Source: an uncultured Comamonas sp. (GTDB lineage Bacteria; Pseudomonadota; Gammaproteobacteria; Burkholderiales; Burkholderiaceae_C). Taken from it: a stretch of 64,000 nucleotides of DNA. Numbering within the stretch: the stretch's first letter is position 1; each line of letters opens with the position of its first letter. Below, piece by piece: positions 1 to 8,981 of this stretch. The notes under the pieces are model-generated. The model was not told the DNA's origin, ran no database searches, and saw only the letters and a list, made by a program, of their open reading frames with translations. The DNA lies in NCBI GenBank assembly GCA_963520865.1, contig CAUQST010000009.1, positions 17,557-81,556 of the forward strand, in the 5' to 3' direction. The position numbers and the translations under genes are program-made.

Positions 1-633
1 GGCGTCTTCTGTGCTGATGCCCTGTGCCTGGGCTTTGGCATCGACCTGTTTTTGCACCAAAGGGGTGAGCACCCAGCCTGGACAAATCGCGTTGCAGGTC
101 ACGCCTGTGGTGGCGTTCTCTAAAGCCGTGACCTTGGTAAATCCCACAATGCCGTGCTTGGCAGCGACATAAGCCGACTTTTGTGCGGATGCCACCAGTC
201 CGTGCACCGAGGCCACATTGATGATGCGGCCCCAATTGGCCTTTTGCATGGCGGGCAGTGCCAGTCGGGTGGTGTGAAAGGCGCTGGAGAGGTTGATGGC
301 CAAGATGGCATCCCATTTTTCAACGGGGAACTCTTGCACAGTGGCGACATGCTGAATGCCGGCGTTGTTTACCAAAATATCAACGCGACCCAATCGCTCA
401 GCGGCAAAGGCCATCATGGCTTCAATTTCGGCGGGCCTGCTCATGTCTGCGCCGTGGTAATCCACCGAGATGCCGTGCGCGTGGCCTGCAGCCGTTACCT
501 GGGCTTTGGCGGCGTCAACATCGCCAAAACCGTTTAATACGATATTGGCACCTTGCGCTGCCAATGCTTGTGCAATCCCGAGACCAATACCGCTGGTGGA
601 ACCCGTGACTAAAGCTGTTTTGCCCTTGAGCAT
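1..633 (-). CDS. bdhA: 3-hydroxybutyrate dehydrogenase-type short-chain dehydrogenase (SDR); C-terminus cut by the window edge
   Basis: Reverse-strand reading from the ATG (complement of 631-633) gives MLKGKTALVTGSTSGIGLGIAQALAAQGANIVLNGFGDVDAAKAQ... This has the TGxxxGIG Rossmann motif and a BdhA-like N-terminus. The frame stays open to position 1. It is absent from the ORF track because it is partial. Confidence 0.75.
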   Translation of the reverse strand, partial: MLKGKTALVTGSTSGIGLGIAQALAAQGANIVLNGFGDVDAAKAQVTAAGHAHGISVDYHGADMSRPAEIEAMMAFAAERLGRVDILVNNAGIQHVATVQEFPVEKWDAILAINLSSAFHTTRLALPAMQKANWGRIINVASVHGLVASAQKSAYVAAKHGIVGFTKVTALENATTGVTCNAICPGWVLTPLVQKQVDAKAQAQGISTEDA

Positions 634-708
634 CTGGATGTCTCCGTTGAAATATGAATTAGGATGGATGAATCCATTATCAATCGGCAAGTACGAGGAT
701 ACGCACCC

Positions 709-1626
709 ATGATTGAACCTACGCTGAACTACGTAACTTGTCCGGGCGCAGCGGTGCGTGGTGGCTCAGAGCACCGCATGGCGTATTGGGAATGGAACCA
801 GACGGGCAATCCCTGGCATCCCCATGTGATCGTGTGTGTCCACGGGTTAACGCGACAAGGTCGTGACTTTGATGTGCTGGCGCGCACGCTGAGCCAGCAT
901 GCGCGGGTAATTTGTCCCGATATTGCAGGGCGCGGCTACAGCGACTGGCTGGCGCAGCCGATGGATTACGGGCTTGTGCAATACACAGCCGACATGCTTG
1001 TTTTATTGCATCACGTCAACGCCACGGCGCCTATCCAGGTGCTCGACTGGCTTGGCACCAGCATGGGCGGTCTGATTGGCATGAGTGTGGCGGGTAACCC
1101 TGCTTTGCCATTGCCAGTGCCTGTTCGCAAGCTGCTTTTGAATGATGTGGGCCCTGTTTTGGAGTGGCCAGCATTGCAGCGTATAGCCTCTTACGTAGGA
1201 AAGCCCGCGCACTTTGACACGGAGCAGCAAGCTGCTGCGGCGTTGCAGGTACTGTCGGCAGGCTTTGGTCCGCATACCACGCAAGCGTGGCTGGAGTTGA
1301 GCCGGCCGATGCTGCGCGCAGTGGAGGGCGGTGGCTATCGGTTGCACTATGACCCAGCCATTGCGCAGCCCATGCAAGGCATGACGCAGGAGCAGTCAGA
1401 GCGTGGACAGGCTGTGCTGTGGAGCTTGTATGACGCAATTCGTGCACAAACATTGCTTGTGCGAGGGGCGCTGTCAGATTTGGTGACACAGGACACTGCT
1501 CGCAAAATGCAGGAGCGAGGTCCTTTTGCGCAATGGATAGAGCTTGAAAGCGTGGGACATGCCCCCACCTTTGTGGCGGATGACCAGGTGGCCATCGCAC
1601 GGAATTTCTTGTTGGGTGATGAATGA
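709..1626 (+). CDS. alpha/beta-fold hydrolase
   Basis: ORF track 664..1626. It has HGLTRQGRDF (oxyanion-hole region), a GTSMGG nucleophile elbow and a C-terminal VGHAP His. I prefer the ATG at 709 (MIEPT...) because 664 leaves only 30 bp to the divergent bdhA start. Confidence 0.8.
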   Translation: MIEPTLNYVTCPGAAVRGGSEHRMAYWEWNQTGNPWHPHVIVCVHGLTRQGRDFDVLARTLSQHARVICPDIAGRGYSDWLAQPMDYGLVQYTADMLVLLHHVNATAPIQVLDWLGTSMGGLIGMSVAGNPALPLPVPVRKLLLNDVGPVLEWPALQRIASYVGKPAHFDTEQQAAAALQVLSAGFGPHTTQAWLELSRPMLRAVEGGGYRLHYDPAIAQPMQGMTQEQSERGQAVLWSLYDAIRAQTLLVRGALSDLVTQDTARKMQERGPFAQWIELESVGHAPTFVADDQVAIARNFLLGDE

Positions 1627-1657
1627 AAAAAGAATGTAAGGCCCTGCTGCACAAGCC

Positions 1658-3958
1658 ATGTGTATTTGGCTGGAATCTGCACGAGGGGCTTGTATGCGTA
1701 GTGTGACGTCCCTACCCCCAACAACAGGTGAAGACAGTGCTGTGCCGACGGGCTTGAAGTCAGCAACAGGGCCTGCGGAGATGCCGCATCTGCTGGCGGC
1801 CACAGCAGGTAATATTCCCGACCAAGTAGATGCCTTGCGCCGAGCGCGTGCGTTTGCAGAGCCTCTGCTGTCCGGGGAAGAGCTGTCTTCCGGTGAAAAC
1901 ACCCTAGCCCACGCGGACGCCACAGCGGCAATCTTGCAAGGCATTGGCGGCTCAGAGGCTATGCAGGCTGCGTGCTATTTGGTGTACGCCAGCATGCACC
2001 TCAACAAACCCTTGGAGGTGTTGACCAAGGCGTTTGGTCCCAATTTTGCAGAGCTGGCGGTGGAAACCACCAAGCTCATGCAGGTGCAGCAGCAAGCCCG
2101 CGCAGGCGAGAGCAGCGCGCAGCGGGTGGATGATCCCGCTACGCAGACAGAAACTGTGCGCAAGATGCTGCTGGGTTTTTCGCGTGACGTCCGGGTCGTG
2201 CTGTTGCGCTTGGCGTCGCGTTTGCAAACCTTGCGTTGGTATGCCGCCAGCAAGCGGGCGGTGTCGCCCAGCCTGGCGTACGAAGCGTTGCATGTCTTTG
2301 CTCCGCTGGCCAACCGATTGGGTATTTGGCAAATCAAGTGGGAGCTGGAAGACCTGGCTTTCCGCTTTTTGGAGCCAGACACGTACCGCAATATTGCCAA
2401 GCTGCTCGACGAAAAACGTGCCGAGCGCGAGGTTTATATGGAGCAGTTGCGGTCCCGCCTGGAGTCCGGGCTGCGTGCTTACAGCATCAGTGCCACCGTA
2501 TCGGGCCGGCCCAAGCACATCTACAGCATTGTCAAAAAAATGCGGGGCAAGTCGCTCAACTTTGATCAGTTGTTCGATATTCGGGCTTTGCGCGTGGTGG
2601 TGCCAACAGTCAAGGACTGCTACACAGCACTGTCGTGGGTGCACGAAAACTTTAAGCCGATTGAGTCGGAGTTTGATGATTACATCGCCAAACCCAAACC
2701 CAACGGCTACCAATCGTTGCATACGGTGGTGCGCGATGAACAGGGTCGGGCCATTGAGATTCAGATTCGTACGCAGGCCATGCATGACCATGCCGAGAAT
2801 GGTGTGGCCGCGCACTGGGCGTACAAAGAGGCTGGAGTCAAAGGCTATGCAGGCGTGAGCGCCACTGGCGATTACGACGCCAAGATTGCCGTGTTGCGCC
2901 AGCTGCTTGCATGGGGGCAGGACCTGTCAGAGAACCCCTCGCACCGGGGGCTGTTTGATGACCGTATCTATGTGCTGACACCTGATGCCGCTGTCATTGA
3001 GCTGCCTCAGGGTGCAACGCCAGTGGATTTCGCGTACTCAGTACACACCAATTTGGGGCATCGCTGCCGGGGCGCTCGCGTTGACGGCAATATGGTGACG
3101 CTCAATACGCCCTTGCAAAGTGGGCAGACCGTGGAAATCACAACGGTCAAAGAAGGGCGACCATCGCGTGACTGGCTGAACCCAGAGCTGGGTTACCTGG
3201 TGAGCAACCGTGCCAAAGCCAAAGTGCGCGCTTGGTTTAATGCACAAGCCATGAATGAAACGGTCATGCGTGGCCGTGAGGCAGTAGAAAAGCTGTTGCA
3301 GCGGGAAGGTAAAACGGCGGTCAAGCTGGACGATCTGGCCGTGCAGCTTGGCTTTAAATCTGCTGATGCTCTGTTTGAGGTGGTGGGCAAGGATGAATAT
3401 TCCTTGCGCAACATCGAAACGGTATTGCGACCTGCGGAACCGAGTGAGCCTGAGGACGATATTCAGGCCATGGTGCGCAAGCCCCGCGCCAACAATGCGG
3501 CCCATAAAGGCGGTGTTCTGGTTGTGGGTGTTGATTCGCTCATGACGCAATTGGCCAAGTGCTGCAAGCCAGCGCCACCGGATGAAATTGGTGGTTTTGT
3601 CACGCGCGGCAAAGGGGTCAGCGTGCACCGCGCGGATTGCAGCAATTTCCGAGAAATGGCCGCACGCAACGAAGAGCGCGTTATTGACGTGGCATGGGGG
3701 CTGCCCAAGGCAGAAAAGCTCACCGCGGTTTATCCGGTGGATGTGTCTGTGGAAGCCACCGACCGCCAAGGTTTATTGCGCGATATCTCTGATGTTTTTG
3801 CCAAAGAGAAAACCAACGTCATCGGTGTGCAGACCCAGTCGGTCAAGGGGACTGCTTGGATGACATTCACCGTGGAAGTCTCTGACTCTGGCCGTTTGAA
3901 CAAGGTGCTGGGGATTGTGGCTAACGTTTCTGGCGTGCGTTCTGCACGCAGGCGCTAA
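1658..3958 (+). CDS. relA: RelA/SpoT-family (p)ppGpp synthetase, RelA-like (degenerate N-terminal hydrolase region)
   Basis: 766-aa ORF. The synthetase core is present (GRPKHIYSIVKKMRGK, ALRVVV, GYQSLHTVV, EIQIRTQAMHDHAENGVAAHWAYKE), followed by TGS- and ACT-like C-terminal regions. I see no clear HD dyad in the N-terminus. The start could instead be 1694. Confidence 0.88.
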   Translation: MCIWLESARGACMRSVTSLPPTTGEDSAVPTGLKSATGPAEMPHLLAATAGNIPDQVDALRRARAFAEPLLSGEELSSGENTLAHADATAAILQGIGGSEAMQAACYLVYASMHLNKPLEVLTKAFGPNFAELAVETTKLMQVQQQARAGESSAQRVDDPATQTETVRKMLLGFSRDVRVVLLRLASRLQTLRWYAASKRAVSPSLAYEALHVFAPLANRLGIWQIKWELEDLAFRFLEPDTYRNIAKLLDEKRAEREVYMEQLRSRLESGLRAYSISATVSGRPKHIYSIVKKMRGKSLNFDQLFDIRALRVVVPTVKDCYTALSWVHENFKPIESEFDDYIAKPKPNGYQSLHTVVRDEQGRAIEIQIRTQAMHDHAENGVAAHWAYKEAGVKGYAGVSATGDYDAKIAVLRQLLAWGQDLSENPSHRGLFDDRIYVLTPDAAVIELPQGATPVDFAYSVHTNLGHRCRGARVDGNMVTLNTPLQSGQTVEITTVKEGRPSRDWLNPELGYLVSNRAKAKVRAWFNAQAMNETVMRGREAVEKLLQREGKTAVKLDDLAVQLGFKSADALFEVVGKDEYSLRNIETVLRPAEPSEPEDDIQAMVRKPRANNAAHKGGVLVVGVDSLMTQLAKCCKPAPPDEIGGFVTRGKGVSVHRADCSNFREMAARNEERVIDVAWGLPKAEKLTAVYPVDVSVEATDRQGLLRDISDVFAKEKTNVIGVQTQSVKGTAWMTFTVEVSDSGRLNKVLGIVANVSGVRSARRR

Positions 3959-3970
3959 TTTTGAGTGTTC

Positions 3971-4000
3971 TTGAATTGGCGTCATAACCCGTGCTACAAT
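3971..4000 (+). promoter_or_regulatory. candidate sigma70 promoter for tRNA-Val
   Basis: TTGAAT (3971-3976), an 18-nt spacer, then TACAAT (3995-4000), lying 20 nt upstream of the tRNA 5' end. Confidence 0.5.
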
Positions 4001-4020
4001 CGATGCTTCTGATTAATTTC

Positions 4021-4097
4021 AGGCGCGTAGCTCAGTTGGTTAGAGCACCACCTTGACATGGTGGGGGTCGTTGGTTCGAATCCAATCGCGCCTACCA
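4021..4097 (+). tRNA. tRNA-Val (anticodon GAC), CCA encoded
   Basis: Cloverleaf read by eye. Acceptor aggcgcg/cgcgcct, D-arm gctcagttggttagagc, anticodon stem ccacc/ggtgg with loop ttGACat, T-arm gttgg-ttcgaat-ccaat, then a-cca. Confidence 0.93.
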
Positions 4098-4122
4098 AAC
4101 ATATGCAAGCGTTATTGCTTGC

Positions 4123-4155
4123 AAAAAATGCCCACTAACAAGTGGGCATTTTTGT
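4123..4155. terminator. bidirectional intrinsic terminator
   Basis: aaaaaATGCCCACTaacaAGTGGGCATtttt is a 9-bp stem flanked by an A-run and a T-run. It sits between tRNA-Val (+) and the receptor gene (-). Confidence 0.8.
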
Positions 4156-4251
4156 TTCTGCAGCATGGATTTCTTAAAGGATGCAGTCTCGGTCAGACGG
4201 CTGCAAACCTCCAGCCTTGCTGCCAGCCCATGCTTGGTTTGTGCGTATTGC

Positions 4252-5940
4252 TCAAGACTTGCCCATGTTGGCTGATGGAGTGGGCGCAGGCTCGAAATAG
4301 TCCACCAGCTGGTTAAGCTCTTCTGCGGTGTACTTGAGCTCTTCGGATGCTTTCCATGCCCGCTGTGCCTCGGCCCTGTTTTCAACGATCAATTCGGCCA
4401 CTTGGTGCATGGCACTGACGACTTCATCAGCGCCGAATGCTGTTAAGCGCGTAGCCGTGGCCAGTTCACGGGCTTCGAATGCCAGACTCGCAAGGCTGCT
4501 GTCAGGCGTTGGCTGATCTGCCAGCTGCATCAGTCGCTCTGCGCGCTCGCTGAGATCACTGGTTTCCGCCACGGCGGCATTCAGCGAGCGAATCGCAGAG
4601 TACACGCGGTCATGCTGCTCTTCCGAGTGCTCAGTTACTTCATACAGTGCCACATTCAACGTGGCGCAGTGGCGATGAATGCGTCTGGCTGCCAGCGCTA
4701 TTTCATCGAGCATCACTTTCAAATGCAGTTGCATCACTGCGGCTGCGTGGTTGAGCTGGCCGCTCTCGCCGGTGCCAGACAGATCGATATCTCCCTGTAG
4801 ATCCCCTTGGGCAATGCGGTTCAGGCGGCGGATAGAGGCATTGAGCGGGTTGACAACGCCTCGGATGAACATGTGGCCTACCAGCACGACCACTGCAAGC
4901 CCCAGCGCAATACCGGCAATTGCAAAGCTGCGTATGCGGTTGTTGCGCTCTAGTGTGTTTTCGTACTCGCTATGCGCCGCTTCTGTGAGTGCATTGCGCA
5001 GTCCCACGGCAGCGGTCATTGCGGCTTGTTCCAGTGGCAGCACCTGCTGCTTGATCAACTGCTCAACTTGCTTGGGACCATCGTGCTCCACAGCCTGCTC
5101 TACTGGGCGCAGGCCATCGTTGGTGTATTGAGCCAGTGCGTGAGTCAGTAAGGATTTTTGCTGAGCGACCTGTGCATCCATGCCAGCCAGCTGGTCCAAT
5201 AGGGTGTGGATCTCATCACGGTTGGTGCGCAATTTGCTAATCTGGCCGGCCAGTTGTCCCTGCAGATGGTTGTTTGCACTTTCGTGGCGAGCTAAGCGGA
5301 TTTCCATCATGGTGGTGCGACTGTCGCTGAGTCTGGCCTCAATCTTGCCGATAGCGGTTATTGGCGCCAGCTGTGCGTGGTAGAGCTGGGTTAGCGCGTT
5401 GTCGGCCAGCTTGAGGCCTCCAATCCCCAAAGCTCCTCCAGCCAGCATCAGCAGGGCGACAAACAGGCTACCTGCTCGCATACCTGTGCGTATGCCAAGC
5501 CAGTCTGGCAAGCGAGGCTGTGGCTTTGATGTGCCGGCTGCCATGTCGCGGTAGCGCGCCTGGGCTGCATCAATGGCACTGGTCGTAGCGTGCTTGCGCA
5601 CCGACATGTAGCCAATCACCTGGTCGTTGCGTTTGATAGGAACTACGCAGGCATCGACCCAGTAGTAGCCACCGTCCTTGCAGCGGTTTTTGACGATGCC
5701 ACGCCAGGGCTTGCCGCTTTTTAGTGTGTGCCACATGTCTTCGAATGCGGCGCAGGGCATGTCTGGGTGGCGCACGATGTTATGGCTGTGCCCCAGCAGT
5801 TCGTCGAGCGCATAACCGCTGGCGTTGACAAAAGCCTCATTGGCATAGGTGATCACACCCTTGAGATCCGTCTTGGAGACCAAGGTGATGCCTGGGGGGA
5901 TGTCAGTGTGCCGTGACGTCACGGGCAGGTTCTGCTTCAT
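4252..5940 (-). CDS. PAS / helical periplasmic domain / HAMP transmembrane receptor with a short, degenerate MCP-like C-terminal hairpin
   Basis: 562-aa ORF. Domain order: N-terminal PAS (ITYANEAFVNASGYALDELLGHSHNIVRHPDMP...WRGIVKNRCKDGGYYWV), a TM, an approx. 165-aa helical segment, a second TM (FAIAGIALGLAVVVLVGHMF) and HAMP (VNPLNASIRRLNRIAQGDLQGDIDL). Only about 150 aa of MCP-like heptads follow (EVTEHSEEQHDRVYSAIRSLNAAVAE). The start lies 12 nt after the stop of the upstream HD-GYP gene. Confidence 0.8.
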   Translation of the reverse strand: MKQNLPVTSRHTDIPPGITLVSKTDLKGVITYANEAFVNASGYALDELLGHSHNIVRHPDMPCAAFEDMWHTLKSGKPWRGIVKNRCKDGGYYWVDACVVPIKRNDQVIGYMSVRKHATTSAIDAAQARYRDMAAGTSKPQPRLPDWLGIRTGMRAGSLFVALLMLAGGALGIGGLKLADNALTQLYHAQLAPITAIGKIEARLSDSRTTMMEIRLARHESANNHLQGQLAGQISKLRTNRDEIHTLLDQLAGMDAQVAQQKSLLTHALAQYTNDGLRPVEQAVEHDGPKQVEQLIKQQVLPLEQAAMTAAVGLRNALTEAAHSEYENTLERNNRIRSFAIAGIALGLAVVVLVGHMFIRGVVNPLNASIRRLNRIAQGDLQGDIDLSGTGESGQLNHAAAVMQLHLKVMLDEIALAARRIHRHCATLNVALYEVTEHSEEQHDRVYSAIRSLNAAVAETSDLSERAERLMQLADQPTPDSSLASLAFEARELATATRLTAFGADEVVSAMHQVAELIVENRAEAQRAWKASEELKYTAEELNQLVDYFEPAPTPSANMGKS

Positions 5941-5952
5941 GGATGGGCTTTC

Positions 5953-7101
5953 TCAGGGTTGCGTCCATAGACGCTTGAGCACCAGCGCTGCTGAGCGGCA
6001 GTCTTCAACTCGCAGGGAGCCTGTGATGTCGTGGGCCGGGTCGGTTGAATCGCGGTACTGCGGTCGCAAGATGGGCATGCCGTTACTGTCATAGAGGCTC
6101 CAAAGATCAATGGATTCATTGCGCTTTTTTCGTGAGCGCACCACTGCGAATTCACCGTTAGCCAATCGCACCAGCGTGCCCGGGGGGTGCATGGTCAGCG
6201 TCTTGATTGAAAGTTGTAGCAGTGGGTCGTCATACAGCCGTACACGGTCTTGAAACAGTGCTTTGAGTGCATCGCGAGGAAACTGCCCGGCACGGTTGGG
6301 CCGGGGTGTGACCATTGCTGCGTAAGAGTCGGCAATGGCAAGCAGGCGTGCACCGACCACAATGGCATCGCCGCTGAGCCCCCGTGGGTAGCCTGATCCG
6401 TCATAACGTTCATGGTGCTGGCGCACCAGCTCCAGCCAGATGGTGTCTGTGACGCCCATTTCAGCCAGCAATGTGGCTGAGCGATCTGGGTGGCTGCGCA
6501 CCAGTGCAGCCTGTTGTGGTGTCAGCGTGCCTGCCTGCTGATCCAGCTGTGCCTGCATCGATAGCAGAGACAGGTCGCGTGTCAGTGCGGCACATGCCAG
6601 GGATAGCCGCTCGGATTCACTCAACCCCAGCTCGCGTGCCGCAATTTCTACCAGCGTGGCACCCAGTAATTGCTGGATCACCAGGTAGGGATGCTGGCGA
6701 TCTAGGTGTAAGGCTGCCAGGAGTGCATCGGCATCCTCGGCACAGGCATCCAGGATGCCGTGGGCCAATCCCAGAACAACCGGGTGCAGCTCAATCCTTA
6801 GTGTGGCCGCTTGCAAATGGGCGTGCAGGCGCTTCAAAGTCATTGCCAACCGATCGGCCCGAACGAACACCGGATCGGCTGTAGACAGCGCAACCGTGCA
6901 TTCGGATAACACCAACGTGGGCTGTTGTGACGGATCGCTGGGGGGGAGCGGGGCATATGCCCCACGTGTCAGCAAGGTGTTGATGTGACGTGGAATGCTC
7001 AGCACATAGCCTTCACGAAACAGCAAATTGCCATCCTCGTCATACAGCGGCCACGGCAATGGCTCGTTCAGTACCAAATCGCTTTGGAGGACGCGTCGCA
7101 T
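5953..7101 (-). CDS. HD-GYP domain protein with a degenerate HD dyad (RD-GYP)
   Basis: 382-aa ORF with HHERYDGSGYPRGL and IADSYAAMVTPRP. By eye alignment to RpfG-type domains, the first His reads Gln and HDIGK reads RDLSL (AALTRDLSLL). Confidence 0.8.
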   Translation of the reverse strand: MRRVLQSDLVLNEPLPWPLYDEDGNLLFREGYVLSIPRHINTLLTRGAYAPLPPSDPSQQPTLVLSECTVALSTADPVFVRADRLAMTLKRLHAHLQAATLRIELHPVVLGLAHGILDACAEDADALLAALHLDRQHPYLVIQQLLGATLVEIAARELGLSESERLSLACAALTRDLSLLSMQAQLDQQAGTLTPQQAALVRSHPDRSATLLAEMGVTDTIWLELVRQHHERYDGSGYPRGLSGDAIVVGARLLAIADSYAAMVTPRPNRAGQFPRDALKALFQDRVRLYDDPLLQLSIKTLTMHPPGTLVRLANGEFAVVRSRKKRNESIDLWSLYDSNGMPILRPQYRDSTDPAHDITGSLRVEDCRSAALVLKRLWTQP

Positions 7102-7626
7102 GTTGAAAGATCAGCCTGTCAAAATGTGGAGGATCGCTTTTGTATGCGATTCATCGCCTTGATGCAGATACATTTAGCAACAAAATGACTCACATCAATC
7201 TTGCCATGTATGGCTTATGAGTACTGACTACCGCGCTCGCATATTTGATAGTTAAATTACTTTTCCTGGAGGAATTTATGACCGTGTTGTCTCGTAATTC
7301 CGGATGGTGTTGCAGCCAAAATCAGGGTTGAACCATCTACCGTGCACGCTCTGTACTGCTGCGTCGTCGTTGTTGTTGTTGGATGAGGTTTGGCGGTCTG
7401 GCTGCCGTGGGCTTTATGCCTAGGTGCATGGAGACTGATGCGGATGCATGACAGCAATGTGCGTGTGATGTGCACGTCTTGGCTCTGTGGTCTTGGTCTG
7501 CGTTCGCTAAGTTTGAGATGGAGTGGTTTTTTTGGATTTGAGTTTCAATGGCCACCAGCTAGGTGCTATAGCGCGCAATATGGCAGTGCATGTAGCCTGT
7601 GCTTCGCCTGGATGGGCAGGTCCATA

Positions 7627-7668
7627 CAAAAAGCCGCCACAGAATGCAAAATCTGTGGCGGCTTTTTT
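7627..7668. terminator. bidirectional intrinsic terminator downstream of dctM
   Basis: aaaaaGCCGCCACAGaatgcaaaatCTGTGGCGGCtttttt is a 10-bp GC-rich stem with flanking A- and T-runs, 9 nt from the dctM stop. Confidence 0.85.
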
Positions 7669-7676
7669 GAGGGCGG

Positions 7677-8981
7677 TCACATCTTGTTAGGAAGCGCCGT
7701 CACGATTTCTGGGAATAACCACAACATAACCAGTGCCAGCACCATCAGGCCAAAGTAAGGGGCGCACACTTTGGCAATGTAGGTGATCTGCTTGCCTGTC
7801 ATGCTTTGCAGCACAAACAAGTTAAATCCCACGGGCGGAGTGATTTGGGCAGTTTCCACCGTGATCACAAGGAAGATGCCGAACCACAGCGGATCGATAC
7901 CTGCCGCCTGAATGATGGGGAGCACGACGCTCATGGTCAGCACGATGGTGGAGATGCCATCCAAGAAGCAGCCGATCAAGATGTAGAAGATACCCAGTAC
8001 CACGATGAGCATGGCGGGAGAGAGGTTCAAACTGCCCACATACTCTGCCAGTTGGCGTGGCAAGCCGATGTAGCCCATGGATAGCGTCATGAATGCTGCG
8101 CCGGCCAAGATCAGCGCAATCATGCAGTACAGGCGGGTAGCGCCAAACAAAGAGGCCTTGAAGCTGTCCCACGTCAATGCCTTTTGTGAGGCAGACAGTA
8201 TCAGTGCACCAGTTACACCAATGGCTGCAGCTTCTGTGGCGGTTGCAATACCGCTGTAAATACTGACCACCACGCTGGAAATCAGAAGCACTACGGGAAT
8301 CAGGTGTCGGGCCTCATACACCTTTTGCTTGAATGTCAAAGTGGCATCAGCTTTTGGTACTTTTTCCGGGTTGAGCAAAGCCCACACGATGATCCAGCCG
8401 CTGAACAGTACCGCCAGCATCAAACCGGGCAGCACGCCAGCCATGAACAGCTTGGAGATCGAAAGCTCTGCCGATACGCCGTACACAATCAGGATGATGG
8501 ATGGTGGAATCAGCAATCCCAGTGTTGCAGGGCCACCGAGCGAGCCGATGATTTGCGCTTCGCTGTAGCCGCGTTTTTGCAGTTCTGGAATGTTCATCTT
8601 GCCCACTGTGGCGCACGTTGCGGCGGAGGAGCCGGATACCGAGGCAAAGATGGTGCAGCCAATGACGTTGGTGTGCAGCAGCCGACCGGGCAGCGCATTG
8701 ACCCAGGGCGCCAAGCCGCGAAACATGTTTTCGGACAAGTTGGTGCGGTAGAGAATTTCTCCCATCCACACAAACAAAGGCAAGGCAGTCAGCGTCCAGC
8801 TGCTGGCAGAGCCCCAGATGGTCATGGCCATCGCATCACCGGCAGCACGTGCCGTGAAAAACTCCATGCCAAACCAAGCCACTCCGGCCAAAGTCAGGCC
8901 GACCCACACGCCACCACTCAGTAAAACGAGCAGCACTACGATCAGTGCAACACTGGCGAAAATTTCATTCATGGTGAGCAT
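7677..8981 (-). CDS. dctM: TRAP transporter large permease (DctM family)
   Basis: 434-aa polytopic membrane ORF with typical DctM-family sequence (GVPVFLALG-like N-terminus; ...ETAQITPPVGFNLFVLQSMTG...). It overlaps the dctQ stop. Confidence 0.9.
   Translation of the reverse strand: MLTMNEIFASVALIVVLLVLLSGGVWVGLTLAGVAWFGMEFFTARAAGDAMAMTIWGSASSWTLTALPLFVWMGEILYRTNLSENMFRGLAPWVNALPGRLLHTNVIGCTIFASVSGSSAATCATVGKMNIPELQKRGYSEAQIIGSLGGPATLGLLIPPSIILIVYGVSAELSISKLFMAGVLPGLMLAVLFSGWIIVWALLNPEKVPKADATLTFKQKVYEARHLIPVVLLISSVVVSIYSGIATATEAAAIGVTGALILSASQKALTWDSFKASLFGATRLYCMIALILAGAAFMTLSMGYIGLPRQLAEYVGSLNLSPAMLIVVLGIFYILIGCFLDGISTIVLTMSVVLPIIQAAGIDPLWFGIFLVITVETAQITPPVGFNLFVLQSMTGKQITYIAKVCAPYFGLMVLALVMLWLFPEIVTALPNKM

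Noticed and set aside
7390-7758. 122-aa plus-strand ORF in the long intergenic region upstream of the HD-GYP gene.
   Set aside because: It reads straight through the strong bidirectional terminator hairpin (7627-7668) and into the antisense of dctM. It is Cys/Trp/Leu-rich with no SD.
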